Positions 52,501-63,078 of a stretch of DNA of 64,000 nucleotides are shown one piece after another (the stretch's first letter is position 1; every line of letters starts with the position of its first letter). The stretch comes from Kofleriaceae bacterium (GTDB lineage Bacteria; Myxococcota_A; Polyangia; Haliangiales; Haliangiaceae), in the NCBI GenBank assembly GCA_965215005.1, contig CBDCCZ010000017.1, forward strand, positions 28,221 to 92,220. Reading direction: 5' to 3'. The notes beneath the pieces are model-generated. The model was not told the origin of the DNA and searched no databases. It saw only the letters and a program-made list of their open reading frames with translations. The position numbers and the translations under genes are program-made.

Positions 52501-52676
52501 ACCACCGGCGGCGACGCGCCCGGATAGGGAATGGAGACGTTGATGACCGGAGGCTGCACCTCCGGGAACTCATCGGTATCGAGGATGAAGAGCGAAATGA
52601 TGCCAAACAGCACCAGGCCGAGCATGACCACCGTGGTCACGACCGGCTTGCGGATCGAGAAATCTGAAATCCACAT
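49572..52676 (-). CDS. RND efflux permease (AcrB/MdtB-like, HAE1)
   Basis: IGILIDDAIVVRENI, GIVAKNAILL, RLRPIVMTS; 1034 aa. Confidence 0.95.
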   Translation of the reverse strand: MWISDFSIRKPVVTTVVMLGLVLFGIISLFILDTDEFPEVQPPVINVSIPYPGASPPVVERELIDQLEEAFTSISGVDETTSLALDSFGMITVIFDFEKDLQQASQDIRDKISEIRNDLPPEIEEPILTRFDPNDLPIVSLTLSSAELAPDELTSIADVQVEKALRAIPGVADVDIVGGVERQLVVELRPEALRATGVSVAQVVAALGTENLAAPVGRLSGPLEERTIRLEGRPETPAAFGELVVARQGDRVVRLGDIANVRDGTEEPRSMALFNGKPAVGIDVVKASSASTTTVSEELRKRVEVLQAELPAEVTLDIVRDAGVRVEDSVADVQESLLEGAALTVLVVFLFLSSWRSTVITGLALPVSVLASFIAVLAFGFTLNTMSLLGLSLAIGILIDDAIVVRENIVRHMEMGKDHVTAAREGTAEIGLAVAATTLSIVVVFVPIAFMGGIAEQWFAPFALTIACSVMVSLFVSFSLDPMLSAVWPDPEATGESHSWLTRRLLVFNRWFDRQTHRYRAVIAWALRHRFIMVLLAVGSFVGALMMPRLGLIGSEFFPKQDRSEFTIKIETPPGSSLEYTRQKAEEAVRLATLQPEVQYTYATIGGQGGAVDVASIYVRLTPKASRQVHQDEIAQALRNQVRRISGATASLSTGGFGDEKQIQIQLSGPDIEVLNRLAAEVAAQVEQVPGAVDVGLSSKGQKPELEIVVDRDLAGSLGVSVGQVAQALRPAFAGIDAGDWIDPSGETRDVEVRLIPEARVRPEDLANLPLVLMGENGAPRVVPLGQVARISRSVGPAQIEHLDTGRVVTVGANTEGAPLSEVVAGMEARLQSVTIPSGYTMKQGGETEDQREVFTRILLALATAILLMYFVLVIQFGSFLDPLPIMASLPLSLIGVMLGLFVTGATLNLMSMIGVILLMGIVAKNAILLIDFAKWSTEDGMSRRDAIIEAGGVRLRPIVMTSLAIIAGMLPVAIGRGEGGDFRAPLGISVIGGVITSTVLTLLVIPTFYDITASFRDWMLRRFRRKEPIDPPK

Positions 52677-52679
52677 CGC

Positions 52680-53888
52680 TCAGCCTCCACTCACGCTGCT
52701 GCGCTCGATGGTTTTGCCGCTCGCGGCCGGCGCGGTGACCGGATGCTCGGTCTTGGCGGGCGCCTCGCCCTCTGGCGCGCCCGTCGCCGAGGGCGTCGCT
52801 AGCTCCACCGGCGTTCCCGCGGCGAGATCGCGCGCACCGCGCACCAGCACCAAATCGCCCGCTGCGAGCCCCTTGGTGACCTCGACGACCTCAGCGTCAG
52901 GGTCGCGGATTCCCAACGTTACCGGCACTCGCTCCACCGTGTTGTTGACCACCCGCGCTACCGTTGGCGCGGTGCCCGTATCATCGACCGCGTCGCGCGG
53001 CACCACCAGAGCGTTACGGGATTCGCTGGTCACGCGGCCCTCGGCAAACAGGTTCGCGATCAGCTTGCCGTCTTGATTGGGGATTGCGACCAAGATAGGA
53101 ATCTGCCGGGTTCCGGGATCAGCGGCAGGCGAGATCCACTCGATGCGCCCCTCGAAGGCCTGGTTCGGATAGCCGCGAACGGTGAAACGGACCGGCGCAC
53201 CGACCTCGAGCGCGGCAAGCTCATCGGAGCGCACCGCCGCTTCGAGACGCATCGTCGAGGGATCGATGATGGTGAACAGCAACGTTCCCGGAGCCACGAC
53301 GTCGCCCTCGTTGACCGCGCGCTCACTCACCACCCCGGTGATCGGCGCACGAATCGTCGCATCTGCAAACTGCGTCTTGGTGGTGGCCAGCCGCGCGCGC
53401 GCTTCTTCCAGTCGCGCCTCCGCAGCAACCACAGCGCTAGTGGCGGTGTCGAGATCGCGCGCCGCTAGTCCGCCGCCCTTCACCAACGCCGAGGTTCGCT
53501 CGGCTTCCCGCTTTGCGAGCTGCAGCTGGTGATCGGCGGTGCGGACCTGCGCTTGCGCAGAAGCCACCGAGTCTCCCAACGTGCGCGCTTCGATGCGCGC
53601 TAGCAGCTGCCCTGATTTGACCTGCTGGCCGCGCTCCACCTTGACCGCAAGAACCGCTCCGCCGACCTCGGCGCGCACCATCGACTTGAGGCGCGGCTCG
53701 AGCGAGCCCGATAGCCGCGGCCCGGTCTCGATGCTCGATTGCTCGACAACCACGACGTCTTCAGCACCGACGGTGACTGTGGTATCGGCCGGCTCGGCCT
53801 GGGGCGCTTCGTCGCCCTGACCGCACGCCGCACCGAGTAGCACGCAACAGGCCAACATTCTGGCCACAGATGAACGAAGCGTCGCCAT
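52680..53888 (-). CDS. RND periplasmic adaptor (membrane fusion protein)
   Basis: Lipobox GAAC; V..GQ.VKSGQLL, TIRAPITGVV; start 53888 inferred. Confidence 0.92.
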   Translation of the reverse strand: MATLRSSVARMLACCVLLGAACGQGDEAPQAEPADTTVTVGAEDVVVVEQSSIETGPRLSGSLEPRLKSMVRAEVGGAVLAVKVERGQQVKSGQLLARIEARTLGDSVASAQAQVRTADHQLQLAKREAERTSALVKGGGLAARDLDTATSAVVAAEARLEEARARLATTKTQFADATIRAPITGVVSERAVNEGDVVAPGTLLFTIIDPSTMRLEAAVRSDELAALEVGAPVRFTVRGYPNQAFEGRIEWISPAADPGTRQIPILVAIPNQDGKLIANLFAEGRVTSESRNALVVPRDAVDDTGTAPTVARVVNNTVERVPVTLGIRDPDAEVVEVTKGLAAGDLVLVRGARDLAAGTPVELATPSATGAPEGEAPAKTEHPVTAPAASGKTIERSSVSGG

Positions 53889-53904
53889 GATCGCGCCTTT
53901 CCTA

Positions 53905-55416
53905 TCAGAAACCGGGAACATTGCTGCCTTGGCCAGCGCCGGTACCAGAGCTCGATGCATTGGTTCGCACCGGCGGCTGTTGCACCTGGGTAGGCGCCGA
54001 GGCGCCGCTTGGAGGCGGCGAGCCGAGGTCGACGCCGAGCGGGAGCTTGGGCAAGAGTGCCATGCGAACTTGCGCAACGAGCACGTCGCGGGCCGCACGC
54101 GCTTGATTGACCCGCGCCTGTTCGAGCAGCACGCGGGCGTCGGTTAGCTCGAGCTGCGTTGAAACCCCTTGTTCGAAGCGCTGCTGGGCAATCTCATAGG
54201 CCCGCTGCGCCTGCTCTTGCGTCCGCAGGCTCGCTCGCCAAAGCGCCACCGCGACATCGATTTGCTCCGCGGCGCGCGCCACTTGCAGCTCACTCTGCTC
54301 GGCCGTGTCCTGCAATCGCAGCTCTGCCTCGAGCAGGTCGGCTTGCGCCGCACGCACCTGATTGATGAGCTGACCGCCGGTGAATATCGGCACCTGGAGC
54401 GACACTCCCACGGTGAAGTTGGTACGCCAGTCGTCGAACATCGGCCACGGATCTTGCGGATAGTTGACGAATCCCAGGTTGAGCGCGAGCTGGATCGTCG
54501 GCAGCCGCGCCGCGCGCGCCAAGTCGACAGAGGCAGCGCGCGCCGACACTTGCGCCTTGGCAAGCGACACCGGAGCGCGCGGCCCCTCGCCGCTAATACC
54601 CGCGACCTCGCGTGCCGCCGCCGCGACCGTCGCGCTCTCCGGATCTTCGAGGTTGCCGCTGAGACGCACCTGTCGATCCTTGGGGATCCCCAGCACCAGG
54701 CGCAGCCGCAGGAGCGCGAGGTCGCGCTCCGAGGCGCGCTGCACCACCAGCGAGCGCTGATTATCGCGGGCGACCTCAGCGCGCAGAACATCAAATTCGG
54801 GCTGAACTCCCTGCGCAAACGCCGCCTGAGTCTGCCCAAGCGTAGCCTCCGCCTGCGCGAGCGTGCTCTCGGCAATCTCGACCAGGCGCTGGCTCAGGAT
54901 CGCGTCGTAGTACACCTCGGTGGCGGTAAGTACCGACTGCGCGCGCGCTTCCTCGAGCCCCAACATGGCCTGTGACTTGCCCGCCTGCGCCAGATCTACC
55001 TGCGCGCCGGTGCGCCCGCCGTTGAACACGTCTTGCGTAGCGCTAACGCCCACGCGATAGGTGTTGTCACGGCCAAACGGCAGCGCCGGCGTATCCTCTT
55101 CCGGCTGTCCCGGCATGCCCGCCGGCGCGTCGAACAACCCGTCGAATTCGGTTGCGATGGTGCGCTGATAGGACGCGGAGCCGTACACTTGGGGGAAATA
55201 CGTGCCCCGAGCGATGGCAATTTGCGCCCGCGCCCGTGCTACCCCGGCGCCAGCGATCCCGACGCTTTCGGCATTCTCTTCGCCGAGCCGCATGGCTTCG
55301 TGCACATCGATGGTCAGCTCGTTGCCAGCGGCGGGTGCCCGCTCCTGCGCCGATGCCCGCATCGACCAAAACCCTGCAACCGCAAAAACAATAGAGAGCA
55401 GTAGGCGTTGCATCAT
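53905..55416 (-). CDS. TolC-family outer membrane efflux protein
   Basis: Signal peptide; repeated TolC patterns (LQVPIFTGG, RFEQGVSTQLELTDA). Confidence 0.9.
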   Translation of the reverse strand: MMQRLLLSIVFAVAGFWSMRASAQERAPAAGNELTIDVHEAMRLGEENAESVGIAGAGVARARAQIAIARGTYFPQVYGSASYQRTIATEFDGLFDAPAGMPGQPEEDTPALPFGRDNTYRVGVSATQDVFNGGRTGAQVDLAQAGKSQAMLGLEEARAQSVLTATEVYYDAILSQRLVEIAESTLAQAEATLGQTQAAFAQGVQPEFDVLRAEVARDNQRSLVVQRASERDLALLRLRLVLGIPKDRQVRLSGNLEDPESATVAAAAREVAGISGEGPRAPVSLAKAQVSARAASVDLARAARLPTIQLALNLGFVNYPQDPWPMFDDWRTNFTVGVSLQVPIFTGGQLINQVRAAQADLLEAELRLQDTAEQSELQVARAAEQIDVAVALWRASLRTQEQAQRAYEIAQQRFEQGVSTQLELTDARVLLEQARVNQARAARDVLVAQVRMALLPKLPLGVDLGSPPPSGASAPTQVQQPPVRTNASSSGTGAGQGSNVPGF

Positions 55417-56039
55417 GACTTCCTCCGCCCGCGCGGGCGGCTCGGCGCTTTTGCCTCGGGTTCAAGACTCCGCCACAAGAGCTCGACCACGATGTCGATG
55501 TAACCGTGTCGATCGGCGCTGGGAAGCCGTTTTCCGAGCACGTGCTCGAACCAAGGCTGCACTTGCAAGGAACCGAGAAACACGTAGGCGAGGTGGTGCG
55601 CATTGCACGCCCGCGCGCGCCCTTGTCGCTGCGCGCGCTCGAGCCATCCGACCAACGCTCGATGAGACCGAAGCGGCGGCGGTTCGGCCTGCCCCTCCCA
55701 ATGCGGCATGCCCATGCCACACACGCGCAGCACCGCGAGCCGCGGCGAGATCTCATCGAAGAACGCGAAAACCGCGCGTGCAAGCTCGCCCAGCTGCTCG
55801 CGCAGCTCGCGCTGATCCGGCCCCGCATTGGCAAGCTCGATCCAAGGCACCTCTCGAGGCGGCTCGAGCGCCGCACGCAGGAGCTTCTCCTTGGTGCCGA
55901 AGCGCTGGAACAACACCGCCTGCGAGACCCCGAGTCGTTCAGCGATGACCGAGGTGGACACTGCGGGACCGAGCTCGAGGCAGCACGCGCGAGCGACCTC
56001 GATGATCTGCTCGTCGGATATTTGCCGAGGACGAGGCAT
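55413..56039 (-). CDS. TetR/AcrR family transcriptional regulator
   Basis: MPRP...IAERLGVSQAVLFQRFGTKEKL N-terminal HTH; first gene of the efflux operon. Confidence 0.92.
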   Translation of the reverse strand: MPRPRQISDEQIIEVARACCLELGPAVSTSVIAERLGVSQAVLFQRFGTKEKLLRAALEPPREVPWIELANAGPDQRELREQLGELARAVFAFFDEISPRLAVLRVCGMGMPHWEGQAEPPPLRSHRALVGWLERAQRQGRARACNAHHLAYVFLGSLQVQPWFEHVLGKRLPSADRHGYIDIVVELLWRSLEPEAKAPSRPRGRRKS

Positions 56040-56050
56040 GGACGAACTAC

Positions 56051-56094
56051 AAAGTGACTACTCGCTTATTAATTGGGCTGACGCAGCCTGTCAA
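56051..56094 (-). promoter_or_regulatory. Putative sigma70 promoter and overlapping TetR operator
   Basis: Minus strand TTGACA (56094-56089), 17 bp, TAATAA (56071-56066); imperfect palindrome AAGTGA-CTAC-TCGCTT at 56052-56067. Confidence 0.55.
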
Positions 56095-56246
56095 GCGTGA
56101 CCCGGCATCGTCGATGACCTTGCCGGCCAGTCCCGCGCACCGTGCGTACTTTGCCGCTGATTGCCGCGCGCGCCGTTGCGCCCCGGTGACCTCCGCGCGA
56201 CCAAATGCCGCGCGCCACCGCCAAGGGAAGTGCTAGCTTGCGCGCC

Positions 56247-56903
56247 ATGGGTCGACTCGCCAAAGAAAAGCCCGGAGCACGGGTCCCTGGCCCGTTGCTC
56301 CTCTCGATCCTCGCGGCGTTGCTCGTTGCCATCGTGCTCGGCGCGGTCGTGCTGCCGGCGTTGGCAGCACGCGGTAAAGCGCCGGAGCTTCCCGTCTATG
56401 GCGCGGTGCCGAGCTTCGCAATGGTCGATCACACCGGCCAGGAGGTGACGCGCGAGGATCTTCGCGGATACGTCACCATCGTCAACTTCATCTTCACCCG
56501 CTGCCCCACCGTCTGCCCGACCTTCACCGCCACGCTGCGCGCCGTGCAGGAGAAGACCCTCGGGTTCGGCGGTCGCCTCAAGCTCGTATCGATCACGGTC
56601 GACCCCGACTACGACACCCCCGAGGTGCTCGCCGCCTATGCCGCCAAATTCGGCGCCGATCCCAGCCGCTGGCGGTTTCTGCGCGGCGAACCGGCGGCGC
56701 TGGTCGAGGTTGCCACCGACGGTTTCATGGTGGCCGTGGAGAAGCGGGGCGCCCAAGCAAATGGCGCTCCCAACATCGTGCACGCCGAGCACTTCATCCT
56801 CGTCGATCCGAGCTTGCAGCTCCGCGGCTTCTATAACTCCAATGACCCGCAGCGGATCGAGCGAATGATTCAAGACGCCAAGCGCCTGAGCAGCGCCCCG
56901 TAG
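56247..56903 (+). CDS. SCO1/SenC family copper chaperone
   Basis: FIFTRCPTVCP (CxxxC), SITVDPDYDTPE, conserved His in IVHAEHF. Confidence 0.93.
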   Translation: MGRLAKEKPGARVPGPLLLSILAALLVAIVLGAVVLPALAARGKAPELPVYGAVPSFAMVDHTGQEVTREDLRGYVTIVNFIFTRCPTVCPTFTATLRAVQEKTLGFGGRLKLVSITVDPDYDTPEVLAAYAAKFGADPSRWRFLRGEPAALVEVATDGFMVAVEKRGAQANGAPNIVHAEHFILVDPSLQLRGFYNSNDPQRIERMIQDAKRLSSAP

Positions 56904-56990
56904 CGCCTCGTTCGAGCACTTCCTCGCAAGGACCATTTGCAGCCGCTCGCCTGGCGCGGCTTGCGGCGGCGCGTGTACCATGCGACGCCG

Positions 56991-57932
<942 letters not shown>

Positions 57933-57957
57933 TCCCTCTGGCGCGAGACGGCGGGTC

Positions 57958-58929
57958 GTGAGCCTCGGCGTCGACCTCGGGCTTCTCGTGGTGGGCGGCG
58001 CCGTTCTCTACGCGGGCGCCGAGTGGTTGGTCAAAGGCGCGGCGGGGTTGGCGCGCTCCTTCGGCGTCAAACCGCTGGTCATCGGCCTAACGGTCATCGC
58101 GTATGGCACCTCGGCACCTGAGCTAGCGGTATCCAGCGCCGCGATCATCAACGGCTCGAGCGCGATCGTGCTCGGCAACGTCATCGGCTCGTGCATCGCC
58201 AATATCGGGCTCATTCTCGGCGTCACCGCACTCATTGCACCGCCGCCGGTCGATAGTCGGCTCATCAAGCGTGAGGTCCCGGTGCTGGTGCTCTCGGTGG
58301 CGGTGATCCCGTTGCTCCTGCTCGATGGCGTCATTGTCCGCTGGGAAGCCGCGCTGCTCCTCGCCGGCGCCGTCGGCTTCACCGCGATCACTCTCATGGG
58401 AACGGCAGGCGGCAGCGACGAGAGGGTCCTCCATGCCGCGGAGGCGGAGGTTTCAGCCGAGCACGGCGCCGCAGCCGGCACTCGACTGCGGCTCGGCGCC
58501 ATCACGTTTGTAGGTCTGGCGCTGCTGGTTGGCGGCGGCGAGATCTTCATCCGCGGCGCCCGCGGAGTCGCGCTGGCGCTGGGCATGTCCGAGCGCCTCG
58601 TCGGTCTGACCATCGTCGCGGTCGGAACGTCGCTCCCCGAGCTCGCGGCCTCGCTGGTGGCGGCACTGCGTGGCCACTCTGCGCTGGCAATTGGCAACGT
58701 CATCGGCTCCAACATCTTCAACGTGTTTCTCATCCTTGGCGTGGCCGGCCTCATCGCCCCCGTGCAAGGCTCGCTGCTCGGGATGCGCCTTGACCTCGGC
58801 GCGCTGATCGCACTTACCGTGGTGGCGGTGCTCAGCCTGCGGGGCGCCCGCCGCATTTCCCGGGTCGAGGGCGCGCTGCTCGTGATCGCTTACGCCAGCT
58901 TCGTGGTGTTGGCAGTGATGGGTGGGTGA
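57958..58929 (+). CDS. Calcium/sodium antiporter (YrbG family)
   Basis: Two alpha repeats: GTSAPE...GNVIGS and GTSLPE...GNVIGSN. Confidence 0.93.
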   Translation: MSLGVDLGLLVVGGAVLYAGAEWLVKGAAGLARSFGVKPLVIGLTVIAYGTSAPELAVSSAAIINGSSAIVLGNVIGSCIANIGLILGVTALIAPPPVDSRLIKREVPVLVLSVAVIPLLLLDGVIVRWEAALLLAGAVGFTAITLMGTAGGSDERVLHAAEAEVSAEHGAAAGTRLRLGAITFVGLALLVGGGEIFIRGARGVALALGMSERLVGLTIVAVGTSLPELAASLVAALRGHSALAIGNVIGSNIFNVFLILGVAGLIAPVQGSLLGMRLDLGALIALTVVAVLSLRGARRISRVEGALLVIAYASFVVLAVMGG

Positions 58930-58991
58930 GGCCCCGGATGTCGCATCTTTTGTTACAAAATCGCCACATTCGCCTGCTAGAGCTGTAGCCA

Positions 58992-60661
58992 ATGTCGATC
59001 CTGCTGCAAATTCTCGGCGCGCTCGGCGTGTTCCTCTTCGGGCTCCGCATCATGTCGAGCGGCCTGCAGAAGCTCGCCGGTGATCGCTTGCGTTCCGTGC
59101 TCGCCAGCATGACGCGCAATCGCTTCACCGGCGTGATTAGCGGCTTTCTCATCACGTGCGCGATTCAGTCCTCCAGCGCCACCACGGTGCTGATCGTGTC
59201 GTTCGCCAACGCCGGGCTGCTCACGCTGATTCAGAGCATCGGTCTGGTCATGGGCGCCAACATCGGCACCACCCTCACCGGATGGCTCGTGTCGCTGTTT
59301 GGCTTCAAGGTCAACATCACCGCGTTTGCGCTGCCGATCATCGGCCTTGGATTTCCGCTGTCGTTCTTGCGCAACCCACGCGCCCGGCAGCTATCGGAAG
59401 CGATGATCGGCTTCGGCCTGTTGTTCCTGGGGCTCAAGTTTCTCAAGGAAGGCGTTCCCGACCTCAAAGCGAACCCAGAGGCGTTGGCCTTCCTGCAGCA
59501 GTTCTCCGACTACGGCTTTGGCTCGGTGCTGCTCTTCGTGGGCGTCGGCACCGCCCTCACCATCATCGTCCAGTCCTCGTCGGCCACCATGGCCATCACG
59601 CTCACGATGGCGGCGATGGGCTGGATCAACTACGAGGTGAGCGCGGCGATGGTCCTCGGCGAGAACATCGGCACCACCATCACAGCCAACATCGCGGCGC
59701 TTGGCGGCAATCGCACCGCAAAGCGCGTCGCGCTTTCGCATACCGTCTTCAATCTCACTGGTGTTTTGTGGATGCTGCCGCTGATGTCGGTGTTCTTGAC
59801 CGCCGTCGACGCCGTCGTCCCCGGCAACCCGCTCACCGACCCGCTGGCGACGCCTACCCACTTGGCGGCGTTCCACAGCGCCTTCAACGTCACGAACACG
59901 CTGCTGCTGGTTGGCTTCGTCCCCGGTCATCGAGCGCATCGTGCTTCGCCTGGTACCGCTGCGACCCGAAGAGGCCCACGTGAGCCAACTCGCGTTTCTC
60001 GAAACCGGCCTCGCTGCGACCCCCGAGCTCGCTCTGGTGGAAGCCCAGCGAGGGGTTCAGCGCATGGCTGAAACCAGTCAAACCACGTTTCATGAGGTCC
60101 GACTAGCCCTGCTCGACCGCAGCGCCGACGCCGCAGATTTCGTCGATGTCGTCGGCGAGGGCGAAGAGAGCTCCGATCAAATGGAACGCGAGATCACCGC
60201 ATTTTGCACCGAGCTGGCTCCGCTCCGGCACCTCGCTGCGCGTCGGGGAAGCGATACGCGAAATCCTCGAGATCGCCGACGACCAGGAGAGCTTCTGCGA
60301 CACCTGCTACAAGATCGTTCTGCAGGCGCAGCGGGTCGTCGATGACCACGCGCGCTTCGGCGCGCCAGGACGCAAGCTCTTGACAGCGCTGTGCGAGCTG
60401 CTCGAGGAGAACCTCGAGCTGGTCGTGCGCGCTCTCGATCAAGCACCGCCCAAAGACTTGGCCGAGCGCGCCAACGAGCTCTACGAGGAGCTGGTCCTGC
60501 AGGCGAGCGACGGGCGCAAACAGACCATCGCTGCCATGCAAGACAAATCCCTCAGCATCGCCGACGGCATTTTGCTGCTCGACATCATCACCAGCTTGCG
60601 CAAATTGGCGCGTTTCTGCGCTGGCTCGGTGGAGCGCGCGGTTCGCGTGCAGCCGCAGTGA
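58992..60661 (+). pseudogene. Na/Pi cotransporter family protein (with PhoU-like C-terminus), two +1 frameshifts (sequencing error or pseudogene)
   Basis: QSSSAT twice, GANIGTT and GENIGTT. Extra C at 59921-59924 and at about 60220; removing both gives 556 codons ending at TGA 60661. Confidence 0.88.
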
Positions 60662-61473
60662 TGATCCCGCTGACGCTGCGCGCCTGGGCCGAGAACGTCG
60701 TCACCGCCACCACGCTAGAAGGCAAACTGACGCCGCCGCCCGCGGCAGCGGCCGACACCGACGTCGGCGTGGTGGAGCGACGGCTGGCGCCGGTGCGACC
60801 GACGCACCTGATGATTTCTCCCGCGCGGGTGAAGGTACCGCCGGTGGCGGGAATGAGCGATGCGCACCAGCGCGGCCGCATCCTCCATGCCTTGGCCAAC
60901 CATGAGCTGCAAGCGGCAGAGCTGTTTGCATGGGCTCTGCTGGCCTATCCGGAAGCCCCGAGCGCGTTTCGCCGCGGGTTGGCGGCCATCGCCGCTGACG
61001 AGCAGCGCCACTGCCGTCTGTACCTCGAACGCATGGCCGCTCTCGGCGTTCGATTCGGCGATTACGGAGTCACAGGCCACTTCTGGAAGCAAGTCGAAGC
61101 ACTCGTCACGCCGCTCGACTTCTTGTGCGCGATGGGGCTGGTGTTCGAGAACGCCAACCTCGACTTTGCGCTCGACTATGTCGACGCCGCGCGCGCCGCC
61201 GGCGATGACGCCACGGCAGCGGCTCTCGAAGAGGTGCACCGCGATGAAGTGCGCCACGTCGGGTTTGCGTGGCGCTGGCTAATCAAGCTCAAACCCGCCG
61301 AACAAACCGCGTGGGAGGCGTTCACGCGACATGTGCACCCGCCCCTGAGCCCTGAGCGCGCTCGCGGCAAGCGATTCGATCGCGAGGGTCGAGTCGCTGC
61401 CGGGCTGGCCGACGACTTCATCGCCGAGCTGGCCTCGATCACGGCCAAGCGGCCCAACGGCCAGACGCGCTGA
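60661..61473 (+). CDS. DUF455 family ferritin-like (putative di-iron) protein
   Basis: LHALANHELQAAEL, DEQRH, FENANLD, DEVRH; ATG overlaps the upstream TGA. Confidence 0.85.
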   Translation: MIPLTLRAWAENVVTATTLEGKLTPPPAAAADTDVGVVERRLAPVRPTHLMISPARVKVPPVAGMSDAHQRGRILHALANHELQAAELFAWALLAYPEAPSAFRRGLAAIAADEQRHCRLYLERMAALGVRFGDYGVTGHFWKQVEALVTPLDFLCAMGLVFENANLDFALDYVDAARAAGDDATAAALEEVHRDEVRHVGFAWRWLIKLKPAEQTAWEAFTRHVHPPLSPERARGKRFDREGRVAAGLADDFIAELASITAKRPNGQTR

Positions 61474-61476
61474 GCG

Positions 61477-62487
61477 ATGCTGCTCGTCGGCAATCTCGAC
61501 GCCGAACGCGAGCTCGCGCAGCTCGCCGAGCCAGCGCGGGCGTATCGACAGCGCAAGCTGCCCGCGCCGGTCGCCGCTCGCCTTGCCGCAGCAGCGACCC
61601 TGTTGCGCGTCTTGGGGCGCGATGGCGACGCGGTGTGGACGCCGGCGCCGGTGGCCGCCTCGCGCATTCCCAGCGCTGCTGGCATCGCCAAGGTCTCGTT
61701 GCAGAGCGGAGCGCTTGCCGGCGAGGCCAGTATTCTGGCCTGGGCAGAAACGCCGAGTATCGCCGCTGCCCGCACCACTGCCGGCCCGTGCACGCCGATG
61801 ACGACCGCGCGCGCCAACGATCGGCGCCTGTCGCACGCGCTGGCACGCGAGCTTGGCGTCGCGTTGCCGGGCTCGCGGGTGGTAACGAGCATCGACGAGC
61901 TCGAGACGGCAATCGATGAGCACGCGTGGGTGCTCAAGGCGCCGCTAGCGGCAGCGGCGCGCCTGCGCCTGCGCCGCCGCGGCGCCCTCGATCAGGCGGC
62001 TGCCGTGCGCGCAGAGCGGCTGCTGGCGCTGTGCGGCGCGCTGATCTTCGAGCCGTGGGTGCAGAGGCTTCATGACGCCGGAGTCTGCGGTTGGGTGGGC
62101 GATAGCATCGAGCTGTTGCCGCCACATCGGCTCCTCAACGACGATGCCGGGGTGTTTTGCGCCATCGATCGCCGTTCGGCAGCGCTTTCCGACCTCGAGC
62201 CGTTGGCCGCGCGCATGACCGAGGTCGCCCTAGAAGCGGGCCGCACCCTCGCTGCCATCGGCTATCGCGGCCCCTTCGGCATCGATGGATTCATGTATCG
62301 CGATGCCAGCGGCAACTCAGCGCTTGCGCCGCTCTCGGAAATCAACGCCCGCCACAGCTTTGGTCATCTCGCGGCACGGCTCGGCGCAGTGAAGCTGGTG
62401 CTCGGTCGCGGCGCGCCACCGCCCGCTGCCAAAGCATTGCTGGTGCCCGATCCCAGCGATGCCACGAGCGCCTGGATCGAGCATTGA
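61477..62487 (+). CDS. ATP-grasp fold protein
   Basis: WVLKAP, IFEPWV, GYRGPFGIDGF, SEINAR. Confidence 0.75.
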   Translation: MLLVGNLDAERELAQLAEPARAYRQRKLPAPVAARLAAAATLLRVLGRDGDAVWTPAPVAASRIPSAAGIAKVSLQSGALAGEASILAWAETPSIAAARTTAGPCTPMTTARANDRRLSHALARELGVALPGSRVVTSIDELETAIDEHAWVLKAPLAAAARLRLRRRGALDQAAAVRAERLLALCGALIFEPWVQRLHDAGVCGWVGDSIELLPPHRLLNDDAGVFCAIDRRSAALSDLEPLAARMTEVALEAGRTLAAIGYRGPFGIDGFMYRDASGNSALAPLSEINARHSFGHLAARLGAVKLVLGRGAPPPAAKALLVPDPSDATSAWIEH

Positions 62488-62590
62488 GCAGCCCCAGAAC
62501 GGCTCGGCAGGCCGGATTGCATCGTTCCGACGAAGCGTCTCGTCGAGCCTTTTCGTGATTGTACGGCTCGAGGTGTTGATACGCGCGGCT

Positions 62591-62860
62591 GCCCTGCACG
62601 GAGAACCCGAGAATCTTCGTGCCCAGATGGCTACTTGCGGCAAACAGCGCCTGCTGGATGACCCGGAACGACCGCTTGCTGCGCAGATTGGAGACACGCA
62701 GCGCCATGCGAAACGTGACGTGGTGCGGCGGATGCGCGCACGCGCCGCGTAGGACACTCCGCGCGTTTGCCCGCCGGCTTGCGCCCAGCACCGGCGCGCT
62801 TGCCGCCCCAGGTGCGAAACACGAACGCTCCCTGCGGCGTCGCTTCTTCGGAGTCTTCCT
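62591..62860 (-). pseudogene. Degenerate partial copy of the adjacent RAYT gene (5' part up to the HUH motif)
   Basis: Direct repeat of 63436-63717 with substitutions and small frameshifting deletions; retains FRTWGGKRAGAGRKP and NLRSKRSFRVIQQALFAAS; stops at SVQG. Confidence 0.88.
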
Positions 62861-62862
62861 AT

Positions 62863-63003
62863 GGCGCGGCCGGTCCTCCCTTGCCCGCACCGAAGCCCGC
62901 ATTGGCTTTGCATTTCAGGGCACCGGCCACCCCGGGGCAAATGCCAGACGCGCGTAAAAAGGTGTCTGCCGAATCAGGATGATGAGCACGAAGGTCAACA
63001 GGA
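62863..63003 (+). repeat. Imperfect inverted copy (about 140 bp) of the RAYT leader and first codons
   Basis: Matches the reverse complement of 63714-63852: GGCGCGGCCGG.CCTCC.TT.CCC ... AATG.CAGACGCGCGT.A.AA..TGTCTGCC ... GATGA...GCACGAAGGTCAA.AGGA. Confidence 0.8.
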
Positions 63004-63078
63004 GCGCGCCTTGCTCGGCATGGTCGCCGGACGCGCCGGTGGTGTCGTCGAGTAGCTCCTGATGCGGCTACGAAGTGA

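Noticed and set aside
63052..63072. GTAGC...GCTAC mini-hairpin with CCTGATGCG resembling an enterobacterial REP
   Set aside because: Short stem and only one copy seen; not distinguishable from chance without a genome-wide count.
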